64,000 bases of DNA from a virus (lineage: Duplodnaviria; Caudoviricetes). Shown here piece after piece: positions 47,329-57,700 of this stretch. The translations under genes and the position numbers were made by a program. The first letter of the stretch is position 1, and every line of letters begins with the position of its first letter. The DNA lies in the IMG/VR virus record IMGVR_UViG_3300047382_000771, positions 64,001 through 128,000 of that record; one strand, written 5' to 3'. The notes below the pieces were generated by a model, which worked only from the letters and a program-made list of their open reading frames with translations, ran no database searches and had not been told where the DNA came from.

Positions 47329-48340
47329 AAGGTTCTACTCCTGGAAAACCTCCGAAGGGCAAACCTTCATTGAATTCCGTATATAAATCGTCATCTCCTT
47401 GGTTTGATTGAAATCTTTTACACCCCCCAGCTTCTTTTGCGTCATCTGAATACCTTAACCTGCAGCCACAGATACTTTTGTCACACTGATCTTGAATCCA
47501 GTTTTTTCTATCAAACAAGGGGCTTGATATAACTTCCTTACCAATGCACACATATATAGATATAGGCTGGTTTTCTGATGTGCCTGTTTTTGGTGTTATG
47601 GTTACAACATCTCCCTTATTGTAAGTCCCATATGCAGTCCATTCTGGGTAAGATCCATTTTCATCAGGCTCAGCAAAACCATCAGGAAAATCATCTTTAT
47701 TCAAATGCACAAAAGCCCCCACATCTTCGCCTTCGTATCCAAGTTCCACGAATCTTTGGTTTTTTATGTCAGCTATAGGTTTACCCACATAACCACATCC
47801 GACTGTAGATCTATATTTCCACTCACAGTAATTAGAATATATTGTTCTGGATGGTATAGTTGAATTTTCAAGCTCCAACGGAGATACTAACTCAAACTCC
47901 ACTAAATCATCAGTTTCTCTTAATTTTTGGTTAACAAAATATATCTCTCTAGCAAAAGCCTCCTCTGGGTCTGGTTCAGCATAAGGATTAATATTGTTTG
48001 GGAAGTTCGAATGATCTAAATATTTTAATAAAGTTTTTATCCTAGTAACTCTGTAATTTGTAAAGTCATTAAATATTGGCAGCCTTACCGATATGTTACC
48101 TCTATAATTAGACAAAGTCATGGTCGGCCTAGGTAGTCTTCCATCGCCTTGAAATTCAAACCCCTGAACTTCTATAGGGTAATATAAATATTCCATACCG
48201 TCAAAAACAATTTTACCACGAAACTCATTCTCTCCAGCATGAAAAGTAAACACACCCCTTTCCTTTATATCCAGCTGATATAATACTATAGGCATAGTAG
48301 GGTCTGCCTGAAATAAATCTTTTACTTTTTCTTCTTTCAT
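47315..48340 (-). CDS. Minor tail protein L-like
   Basis: YPIEVQGFE..GDGRLPRPTMTLSN, KYLD..NFP, CEWKYR...CGY, CDKSICGCRLR and LPFGGFPG. Confidence 0.92.
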   Translation of the reverse strand: MKEEKVKDLFQADPTMPIVLYQLDIKERGVFTFHAGENEFRGKIVFDGMEYLYYPIEVQGFEFQGDGRLPRPTMTLSNYRGNISVRLPIFNDFTNYRVTRIKTLLKYLDHSNFPNNINPYAEPDPEEAFAREIYFVNQKLRETDDLVEFELVSPLELENSTIPSRTIYSNYCEWKYRSTVGCGYVGKPIADIKNQRFVELGYEGEDVGAFVHLNKDDFPDGFAEPDENGSYPEWTAYGTYNKGDVVTITPKTGTSENQPISIYVCIGKEVISSPLFDRKNWIQDQCDKSICGCRLRYSDDAKEAGGCKRFQSNQGDDDLYTEFNEGLPFGGFPGVEPYDFE

Positions 48341-48341
48341 T

Positions 48342-49838
48342 TTAGTATGAACTCGTACTTATGTTACCGCCTGTATTTGTCTGGTTATTAATTTCGCCTA
48401 TTTGAGTTCCCTCTGCAACATCTTCTTCGCTTGCTGAAACTATATTGTTATATAATATGATTTTAGGGTCATAGTTTCCAAGGAAAAATGTTTTATTTTC
48501 AATTAGCCCCTCAGGCATAAAATACATCTTGCCGTTAAACTCAAACTTCCTAAACGCTCCGCTTCCTGATTTTTCCGCGCTAGCTTTAGATAAATACAAC
48601 GGATAGTAACCTTGAACATTTTTAGGCGACTCTATATACGAGCTACCAATATCTACAGCTAGCCTTTTATCACTTTTTACATTTTCCGAAACGATACCCC
48701 TTAAAGGTAAATCATATACTCTACTAAATTCAATTGATTTATTAAGTGCGGTAACAAACGAATATTCACGACCAAGATATCTTTTATTGGCTCCTAATTT
48801 AGTTGCTCCCCCTAAACCTATATGCCATCTCATAGATTGGCCAAGCCTACCCTGCTGCTGTTGATATTCTGACATTATTTTTATGTCATCTGATGCTCCA
48901 TGCCTAGACAATTGATAGGATATAACTTTTTTTAGTTTAATAGGGTCATCCGTACTTAGAGATTGCCCTATGTTTTGTACAGAATCTTTCCACAGAAAAT
49001 CTCTAAGCATGCCATCCCAATGCCTGTTTACGAAATTCTGAATTTCCTTAACATAAACCTCGTCCCTTATTTCTTTAGTATCGAATGTAGAGTCGGCATT
49101 CGAGTCGTCATTTATTCGAAAAATAGAGTTCCATTCTTTAATTAAATTCCTTTCACTATATTCGCCTGTATAGATAGGGTATATTCTCCTCGTCTCTGGT
49201 ATACCTGATATATCTTGGGACAATTCTGTCGTTATATCAGGCTTGATTTGCAAAGAAAATATAGATCCTTTTTCCGATGAAGAATATATATCAAATACAC
49301 AAATGCCTTCTGCATTTTCTTGAACATCTATAAAAGGAATATTAGATTCTCCCGCTTCTAATTCTAACAACTCCATAATGGAAGCTCCACTCCAGCCGCC
49401 AGAAAACATATCACTCAAAACTATAGTGTTCCCTTCAACTATGCCAGACATACCTATATCCTGAGGATCAAAATCTCCAGTTCCAGTAATCAGATAACCT
49501 CCCGACCAATAAGACCCTCCAGGCAACCTTAATTCATTTTCGATTTGTTTAGAACTCGATAGTGAGCTAGACCTCTGTCCAGGTACCCAAGAAAACTGAT
49601 CAGGGTATCCTAGTAAATTGTTTTTGTCTAGATTTAAATCTCTTTCTTCGTTATTAAAAAAAGATATTCTTTTTACTGTGTGAATATAATCAGACTCAGT
49701 TAAATAAGTTATAAAACCAGATCCATTTATTGTTCTCAAAACTAGAGTTGAGACCGAGTCTGGATCCATCGCTATACCTAAACTGACACCATCATTGTAG
49801 GTATTGAAATCCCCGCTATTAAAATTAATTTTTTTCAT
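48342..49838 (-). CDS. Hypothetical tail-module protein
   Basis: Lies inside the tail operon; start placed at MKKINF (TAATG overlap). Confidence 0.6.
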   Translation of the reverse strand: MKKINFNSGDFNTYNDGVSLGIAMDPDSVSTLVLRTINGSGFITYLTESDYIHTVKRISFFNNEERDLNLDKNNLLGYPDQFSWVPGQRSSSLSSSKQIENELRLPGGSYWSGGYLITGTGDFDPQDIGMSGIVEGNTIVLSDMFSGGWSGASIMELLELEAGESNIPFIDVQENAEGICVFDIYSSSEKGSIFSLQIKPDITTELSQDISGIPETRRIYPIYTGEYSERNLIKEWNSIFRINDDSNADSTFDTKEIRDEVYVKEIQNFVNRHWDGMLRDFLWKDSVQNIGQSLSTDDPIKLKKVISYQLSRHGASDDIKIMSEYQQQQGRLGQSMRWHIGLGGATKLGANKRYLGREYSFVTALNKSIEFSRVYDLPLRGIVSENVKSDKRLAVDIGSSYIESPKNVQGYYPLYLSKASAEKSGSGAFRKFEFNGKMYFMPEGLIENKTFFLGNYDPKIILYNNIVSASEEDVAEGTQIGEINNQTNTGGNISTSSY

Positions 49839-50680
49839 TATGGCCAATTAGGTTCATTGATCGTATCAAGTTTATACATTTGATTAGCTAAAGGTCCAAA
49901 GTAAGCTGTCCTAGGGATTGCTGTTAAACTATTAACAAGATTAGTTCCATTATAATTCCAATTAAGCACTATACCTAAATGAGTAGGAGGTTGTTGTGTA
50001 AATCTAAGCTGAAACGGGTGAAGGCCTTTCTTTAAAAAAACACTTCCTGTAGCACTCCAAGCAAATCCATGATTACTGTAATCATCATCAATAATTAATG
50101 TTCTATTAGTTGGAGCTAGACCACCTTGAAATATATAAAATATCGCCCTATCATCCGATATTGTAGCAAATTTATAGGTGCCATCTACTGGTGCATAAAT
50201 TTGACCATCCCAAACAGCTGCGAAATACTGGGTTAACGAGGTCATTCCAGGAAACCCTTTAGTGTAAGACTGGTTAGGCACATTTATTTGGTGACTACAC
50301 ATATCTGTTTTAAATTTACCGTTATAGTTAGTATCTGTCTTTAGTCCATTAGCTCCAATACCTCCAATTTGGTAAAGCCTTAATGCCATAGGCAATCCAG
50401 GCGACCCACAAGGACCCCCGAACGCAGAGAATACAGCTGATGGGTCAGGAGCTGGAGCGGGCTGAGGCACTTCTTCTACATCTACAACATTGATATTGAA
50501 ATTTTTCTCCAAGCTCAAACCCCTCTCGTCCGTGCAAGACACTCTAATTGAAAAAGAGGGATTATTAAAAGCTTCGTAATCTAAGCTTTGAACAAGTTTA
50601 ACCTTTCCATCTTCGGTGACAGAAACATATTGGTTACCTTCACTCCCTGCCCCAGATACTAATTTAAATTTTCTAGCCAT
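49838..50680 (-). CDS. C-terminal part of a cadherin domain plus a PA14 domain
   Basis: LVSGAG..N...LDYE...FSIRV..TDERGLSLEKNFNINVVDVEE; PA14: WDGQIYAP.DGTYKF...SDD...LKKGLHPFQL. Confidence 0.85.
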   Translation of the reverse strand: MARKFKLVSGAGSEGNQYVSVTEDGKVKLVQSLDYEAFNNPSFSIRVSCTDERGLSLEKNFNINVVDVEEVPQPAPAPDPSAVFSAFGGPCGSPGLPMALRLYQIGGIGANGLKTDTNYNGKFKTDMCSHQINVPNQSYTKGFPGMTSLTQYFAAVWDGQIYAPVDGTYKFATISDDRAIFYIFQGGLAPTNRTLIIDDDYSNHGFAWSATGSVFLKKGLHPFQLRFTQQPPTHLGIVLNWNYNGTNLVNSLTAIPRTAYFGPLANQMYKLDTINEPNWP

Positions 50681-50681
50681 T

Positions 50682-52004
50682 TTATTCTACCACTCCTAGT
50701 TGACCTATTAATGTTCCAGCTGGAAGGTTTTCTTTGATATCTGAATTAGATAATGTTATATCCGTAAAAGGCACATACCTTGCGGCATCCAACTCCACAA
50801 ACCCAGGCGAAAAACAAAATCCTTCATTCACAAAATCTCCTTTCTCGGATAAAAATATATTATTATCCCTCAAAGTATTATCTCTTTTTTCTGTATTAAA
50901 AAATATAGACATATTACTGACAAGTGTCGAAGGACTATCGGTTGTAACATCTATATGCATGCCTGTGTATTCAATACCATCGAAATATATTCTCTCGTTT
51001 TGCCTAAAATATGTTCCAGTTACTTTTGCATTATTAAAGTCTATAATTTCAATAGCGTAACTATCCAACATTTCATCTAAGCTCGAAGCGTCAAATATAG
51101 CTTTATTAAATGTCGCCATAGCTGCCTTAAATGACACTTGGTCTTTACAATACTTTTGGGTTATCTGTTGAGACAAACCCTGTAATGCAAAAAACTTATC
51201 ATAATCACTATCAGTAATATCAGAAAATATACCAGATGTTAATAAACAATTCTCGAATTCTAAATCCCCCAAAGGATTTTGATCTTCGCAAGAATAATAA
51301 CCTTCATAGTTCTGGTAATTAAGTAGTGGCTCTCTATCAAGCTTGTCGCAAACTAATTCCCCACTAACAATGAAATTTGTATCACAATTATTTGTTTCAC
51401 AATTAACAATAGGAAACCCTGGGAAAATACTAAACTTTGCATGCCATGCGTCTCCAGTCCTATTCTCCCAAGACCCTTCTCTCCCATCCTCTATTTCATT
51501 TCTTGACGGATGAAAAAATGTTGGTATCCTTAATCTTGTATAAGGAGCTATAGTGGCTGGCAAATAGTCCTCATCCACATTTCCTGTATTATATTCCTCT
51601 AACCCCTTATATGTTTGCTCGAAAATAGTAAACCTAACTGGGTCAGAATTAGTAAAGCCAGTTATAGTAATTGGCATATCGCAAACATTTACTATCTCCA
51701 AAGACTTACCATCAGCCGTTAAACCGACTGGTTCATTACAGGGGTATGTTATTTCTGAAGTTTCACAGTCGTCTAAATAAATAACCTGAGGCTGACCAGG
51801 AGCAACACCAGAAACACCATCGGTTAAAATAAGCTTATTATTATATGTTGCTTGCTTTAGGATCCAATCTTCATATGTAGGTGAAGATGGGTCAGTATCT
51901 TGTACATAATACAACCCTGTTTCCTGAAGTAGTCCACCGCAATTCGCATACTCAGTAATACCAGTGTAAGCGAAGTCGACGTTTTTGTCATTCAAGAAAC
52001 TCAT
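50682..52004 (-). CDS. Tail-module protein ending in the first two strands of a cadherin domain
   Basis: Ig-like middle (LEIVNVCDMPITIT) and C-terminus FTDITLSNSDIKENLPAGTLIGQL. Confidence 0.7.
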   Translation of the reverse strand: MSFLNDKNVDFAYTGITEYANCGGLLQETGLYYVQDTDPSSPTYEDWILKQATYNNKLILTDGVSGVAPGQPQVIYLDDCETSEITYPCNEPVGLTADGKSLEIVNVCDMPITITGFTNSDPVRFTIFEQTYKGLEEYNTGNVDEDYLPATIAPYTRLRIPTFFHPSRNEIEDGREGSWENRTGDAWHAKFSIFPGFPIVNCETNNCDTNFIVSGELVCDKLDREPLLNYQNYEGYYSCEDQNPLGDLEFENCLLTSGIFSDITDSDYDKFFALQGLSQQITQKYCKDQVSFKAAMATFNKAIFDASSLDEMLDSYAIEIIDFNNAKVTGTYFRQNERIYFDGIEYTGMHIDVTTDSPSTLVSNMSIFFNTEKRDNTLRDNNIFLSEKGDFVNEGFCFSPGFVELDAARYVPFTDITLSNSDIKENLPAGTLIGQLGVVE

Positions 52005-54796
52005 TGCTTCTTCATTGTTATATTTTTAAAATTAGAAGACACCCACAGGGTTGAGCTTGCTGGGTCACTAGCATCAGGCTCAACAGTATAGTCGGCTAGG
52101 TGAGCCCAAGTCTGCTGTGGTATGAGCCATCTTCCATGGGCTCCACTAAACGCCCCCACGATATCATTCATCTTGCCAGGGACATCCGTAAGTGTGGGGA
52201 AGTCAGCATTAGCTATATAAAATTGAAAACACGAATATGTGGTATTCGGGCTAGTGATTTGGTTTTTTCCTAAAAGGTCTGCCGCTTCAGGACTTAAGTC
52301 ATACTTAATCAACTTAGGATTTTCCCCAACTTTATCATTTATTTTTAAATGAGGTGGCGGAGGCTCCCCTGACTGATTTAAGGATAATAATTCTGGCCCC
52401 GATACTATGTACAGCTCTCCAGTTTGTGCATAATAAGTGAACTGGGCTTGATGATAATATGTGGTACTAGGTGCGGATGCTAATGTCGATGGGGTTGATG
52501 CATACGCATTTATATCTGCGAGGGATTCAGCACTTAAAGTTGCTATCACCGCAGTTCCATCTTCGTTCGTTACGTCGGGTGAAGCTGCAACCGAAGACCA
52601 AAAGCCACTAAGATTAAACTCTCCTGATGGAATGTTATGCTCAAGAATAACTTCCCCAACCATCACATCTTCAGTTGAACCTATAGTGTTTCCATCTTCA
52701 TCAACACCTGAGTTTGGGGTAGGATATCGAGGTAGTGTTAATTTAATTTCGCTCCCTGCTGGCAAATAGCCAGCTTCAGGCTCAATAATCCATGTTCCAT
52801 ATATAGGTAACTCCAGTGGCTCTTCCTCTTCTGGCTCATCTTCAAATTCTCCTGGCGTATAAGGCAAATACATTCCTATCCCATCTACAGACCTACCTGT
52901 GCTAGTAAATGGCATTTCACATGTTAAGTCGAAATGCATGTTAGCATAAGCCTGCATTTGATTCATTGTTTTATCTTTTCCATTAAAAACCATCTGAATT
53001 TTTTCGACGATAGCTTGATACCCTGGCTTGGTTGGCATGCTTTGATTCATTCTTACTCCAAAAAACAAATCTATTTCTTGCCCTCTCATTAATAAAGGTA
53101 AATGAGAATAATCACCCATATATCCATTTTCTTTAGATACGTTACCTATATTATAATCTATTATTTCTAACCCAGTTGTTTGTGATCTAAAAACCCTAAT
53201 TGGCATACCCCTTGATGCTACCCCTTGGTTTTTCACGCCCTTACTTTTTAGCCAATTATTAGCCCAACCTCCACCTACATTGTAAAGTACCCCACGTCTA
53301 TACACTTCATACTGTGTATTAAATGAATGCCAAAGTATATTGTAATTACTATTAATATCTTCCAGGTAATCTCTATTTAAAGGATCATTATAAAATTGGC
53401 CACCATTACCAGCTTCTAGATTTAAATTCAACCCACCTATTCTATCTGAAGGATCATCAAATGGAGTGGCTTCAAAAACCATTTGGTGATCGTCGGTAGA
53501 CTTTAAAAAAGTACCATCTTCTATACCCGCAGCCATATAACCATAACTAGTATTACCATTTCCTGGTTTCAAGAACTGCATGTTATGTAAATCATTACCC
53601 TTAAGTATCCCTTGTTTTAAAGTTTCAGTCCTCCATCTTGTAGCCCCCACATCTGGATCATTCCTACTTTCTTCTGGGGTTGGGTCTTCATCTAATTCGA
53701 AATTTACTATCGTGTTTAGTAGGTTAACTTCATGAGGTCCACAATTATGAAGTGTTATCGAATATAAATTCTCAAAACCAGTGTCATAACATAACCTATC
53801 AATCATGTTAACAACGCCAAGAATTCTCCTAAATTCCTTATCTGGGTTTTTTCCATCTGTCAGCTCTATATATCCTACGGGTAATTCTGGCCTTGCTTCG
53901 TAATCAAAAGCATATTTTTTAGCATCAGGAGAAATGCCTTTGCTTTTTGGGTCACCTACTCCGATAAAAAAAGAAGAAGTTTTTACTGGGTATTTATACC
54001 AGTCTTGTTTGTCTGCCCCAGAATATCTTGTTGGCAATTTTAAATGGGTACCTTCTATAGGTTCCTGATTTGATATAACAAAATCTCTTCTCAAATTTAT
54101 ATCTAAAGGTCTTCGGTATGAGTATATCCTATCATCTCTAGTTAACCCAAGTATGCCGTCAGCATTTCTACCAAAATCACTATAACCATCACCTATGTAA
54201 AATAAAAATCTTTTCTTTACCTGCCTGGCTCTTGGAGAGAAGAATAATTCATAGAAAGCTTTTCTTGTTGCATTAATATAATCCTTCCCGTCGCCTGGTG
54301 TTATTCCAGATTCAAGGTTCTTATACAAAGCATGCCTATCCATGTTTTGAGGGTAATCTAAAATAGAAGATATAACTTCGCAATCTTCCTTGCTGGATAT
54401 TTTTATAACACCAATATTTACATGTTGACCTTCTATCCTAACACTGAACCTTTTAAGCTCTCGAGGAGACATCGCATTCAAACCATCTGCATCAAGAAGA
54501 CCTCCTCCTGATGCAGCTCCCCATGGCGGTATATTTTCGTTGTAATCTATAGTCGGACAATCTATTTTATCTCCATAACCAAATGATTCTGTGCCAGGCA
54601 TAACGCTACAGTCGTGCAGTGTTGCAACTTTTTTTATAACATCTGTTATAATCTCAAGTCTAGTGAAAATCTTTACACCACCGCCTTCTACAGGAATGCG
54701 TATTTGGCTCGAAGACGAAGGTGATGAATCGACCAAAAAAATCAAATCTATCTGATTATCATGTACTTTGTACAACCTATCGTATTGCTTTTCCAT
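52001..54796 (-). CDS. Tail-module protein with an N-terminal vWA domain
   Basis: DLIFLVDSSPS (MIDAS DxSxS), FLFYIGDG and FFIGVG, followed by an Ig-like segment. Confidence 0.75.
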   Translation of the reverse strand: MEKQYDRLYKVHDNQIDLIFLVDSSPSSSSQIRIPVEGGGVKIFTRLEIITDVIKKVATLHDCSVMPGTESFGYGDKIDCPTIDYNENIPPWGAASGGGLLDADGLNAMSPRELKRFSVRIEGQHVNIGVIKISSKEDCEVISSILDYPQNMDRHALYKNLESGITPGDGKDYINATRKAFYELFFSPRARQVKKRFLFYIGDGYSDFGRNADGILGLTRDDRIYSYRRPLDINLRRDFVISNQEPIEGTHLKLPTRYSGADKQDWYKYPVKTSSFFIGVGDPKSKGISPDAKKYAFDYEARPELPVGYIELTDGKNPDKEFRRILGVVNMIDRLCYDTGFENLYSITLHNCGPHEVNLLNTIVNFELDEDPTPEESRNDPDVGATRWRTETLKQGILKGNDLHNMQFLKPGNGNTSYGYMAAGIEDGTFLKSTDDHQMVFEATPFDDPSDRIGGLNLNLEAGNGGQFYNDPLNRDYLEDINSNYNILWHSFNTQYEVYRRGVLYNVGGGWANNWLKSKGVKNQGVASRGMPIRVFRSQTTGLEIIDYNIGNVSKENGYMGDYSHLPLLMRGQEIDLFFGVRMNQSMPTKPGYQAIVEKIQMVFNGKDKTMNQMQAYANMHFDLTCEMPFTSTGRSVDGIGMYLPYTPGEFEDEPEEEEPLELPIYGTWIIEPEAGYLPAGSEIKLTLPRYPTPNSGVDEDGNTIGSTEDVMVGEVILEHNIPSGEFNLSGFWSSVAASPDVTNEDGTAVIATLSAESLADINAYASTPSTLASAPSTTYYHQAQFTYYAQTGELYIVSGPELLSLNQSGEPPPPHLKINDKVGENPKLIKYDLSPEAADLLGKNQITSPNTTYSCFQFYIANADFPTLTDVPGKMNDIVGAFSGAHGRWLIPQQTWAHLADYTVEPDASDPASSTLWVSSNFKNITMKKQ

Positions 54797-57700
54797 TATT
54801 CAGTATATTCTATTAATATAGATCCTATGTGCTGCCAAGAATACTGAGCCCATTTTATCCTAGTGTCATATATCCCAAAAGATTTTAGATAAGTTCCAGC
54901 TTTAGGTAAAAACCCTAATTTAGATCCATCATTAAGAGATGGCCTAAGTTTCCATAGATCTGAAATAGTCATCTCTAACTGATCGTAATAACCTAAATCC
55001 CTCATATTTCTTTTTATAACATTATTCCAAAGTTTATTTCTGTAATCATCCCTCTCTACCCAAAAGTTATTATATATTATAAATGGCCCGATTTCATCCA
55101 TTATTAAATCACCCTCAAAGTTTTCCTTACTATACATCCTAACTCTTACACCTTTAGGGGCACCTATTGCATCAAGCAGCCCTTTACTAACGGATACTGG
55201 GTCTTCTGGTTCCCTTCTGTCTATCAGAACATTTTTAAGAACAAATTCTGCGGCTGGGAATCTACCTACTGGTAAAGAGTTTGTGAATTTTGACGAGTCT
55301 GACTTAAAGGGTTGTGCGAGGCAGTGATAATTATTTAATAAACCTCCGTATTGTTCCCTGGTAATAACTTGCCCTGCAGCATAACTATGCTTAAAGTCCC
55401 ACTGCTGGTCATGTATACCCACCCCAGAGAAAGTAACTTTTAATGGCTCAGACAATGTCACAGGTTCCCAGGGAATAAGTTTACTTTTATATAAATAATC
55501 TGGGGTTGTGAACGCAGCTTCCACCACGGAGGACAAAACACACATAGTGTTCAATGTAATGGGTTCGTAAAGCTCTGCCCCGAAACAACCAGATTGAATC
55601 CTTTGCCCTCCAAAACCAAACACTTCCTTAAGGTTTTCATTTATACCACTAACAGACTCAATGAAAGTGCAAGATATGGTGTTATTATTTTTGTATAAAA
55701 CAGTATGCTCCCAGCTAGGACAATAAAAAGTCGATGTATTCGGTGATGCTGGAGTCGTGTATGGGTTTAAATCTTTCGAGAAAGGCCTAGGCAGCTGAAA
55801 CCTGAACTTTTTGTAGCCTAAATGAGACTCCAGAAACTGAAGTATTTCCTTAGCTTCTCTGTCAGACCTTTGAGAAAACTCAATATTCACACTTACTAGA
55901 TTTTGATTTATACCTACTTTTGTGTATCTTTTATAAACCTGAGTAAACGCAGTCTCTTTATGTGTTGGAGTATTTTCAATACTAAAAGATATAGAAGGCA
56001 AAAAATCTAAAGACCTAACTTGCAAATAAGGATAAGACGCAAATTCGTTAGCATCATCTATATATATATTTCTCCTCCCTTTTACAGCTGGAACAATAAA
56101 ACTAAAGTTATCCTTGACTTGAAAGTTTTCTAATGGAGTTATCTTTAATTTATTAGACTTTGGGGTAATTTTAGAATCCAAAGTAATCCTCCTGTAATCC
56201 CTTAAGAATAATTCCCTAGCCCTAAAAGTCCCATCTTCGGATGTGGAGGCGGGTATTTCATCTATGTTTTCTGGAAAGAAAGTCTTACTAGTTAAACAGT
56301 CTTCAGGGCACCTTCCAAGTTTTATTATATTCCAGGGTATTTCATCAACAGTTAGATCTTCGTAGTCTACCACTAATTCTTCAGCAGGAAAAGAATCCGC
56401 AAAAATTCTATTTCTATCTGAGTCTGTTATCATTCCTTGTTCGGTTTTTTTGTTTGCTCCAGGATCCTCTACTATAGGCCACTCTATTAATTCAAAGGAT
56501 ACATTTTCAGATTCTAGATCAAATTCCCCCTCAAACAGATATTCTGTAGCACTTATTCTTTTTGTAATTTTTACTACTCCAACATTAAATATAGAATTCT
56601 CATTTGGTTCTGGGATGTCAATATTTAAACATTGACCTATATCTAGAACATAATCTTCCTTAAACTCAATCTTACCTGCTTCGAAATCTTTGCCTGGATC
56701 TTCTGGATATCTAGAAAGGGTTTTGATCATTTTCCTTATCTGAACATTCTCGGTTGTCTCCCTATCCCTGCCTTTATATTCTCCACCAGGCTCTTCCTCT
56801 ATTTCTGCGGATATTTCGAACATCCTCAAACTCAACTGTTTGCCTTTCTCAAATTGTATTGGTTCATCTATCGCAACGGGAACTAATGCATCAATTCTTT
56901 TATTAAATCCAAAATGACTGTCAGAACTATACAGTGTGCTAGATGTGTTACATATAAATGTAGCACTTACATTATTATCGTTTCTGTAATTTTTCTCTTG
57001 ACCAAAACTTAAGCAGGTGAAATCTAAATCACTTTTATATGGGTAACCAAAATGAAATTTAAATTTTTGCACATCTGAAGATAGTAGTCTCTCTCCTTTA
57101 TAGTCTAAGGAAAAGGCAGAATCATAAGGAAAATGTTTTTCCTGTAAAAAATGCATTATAGCCTTTGCTTCTCTATCTGTTCTGTTTTCGAACTTTAGCG
57201 AGCACTGCATCGGCATAGAATTTATACTTTTATTACCAACGTATTCGTATCCATCACCAAGCTTAAGAGCTTCGTTTATAGTGCCAAAAGACGCACTCGA
57301 TCCGTAGCTTGGTCTCCAGAAAAAATCTTGAGACCATAATTCTTCAACATTTAACTCTGGAAAAGAATTGTTTGGGTTTAGTTGGAAATTTGAAACATGA
57401 TCTTTCTTGCAATAAAAAAACGGACTTAGATTGGATACGCTTGGGTTCCTAAAATAAAAACCACCAGTAACCAACCCGCCAATAATTGCATACATCCTTG
57501 CATACCTTGCGTTCGCTGGTATAGTTCTTTGGTGAATGTCATGCTGCATATGGAAGTATTGAGTCAAATCAAACTCACTAGACGCCATAAATCTAAAATG
57601 GTCTCTGTAATTTATAGGTTGAATATATTCTGAATTTTGATCGTAATATTTTATTCCAATACCAACCCCAATCGATGTCTCAGGGTCTATGTCGTATTGA

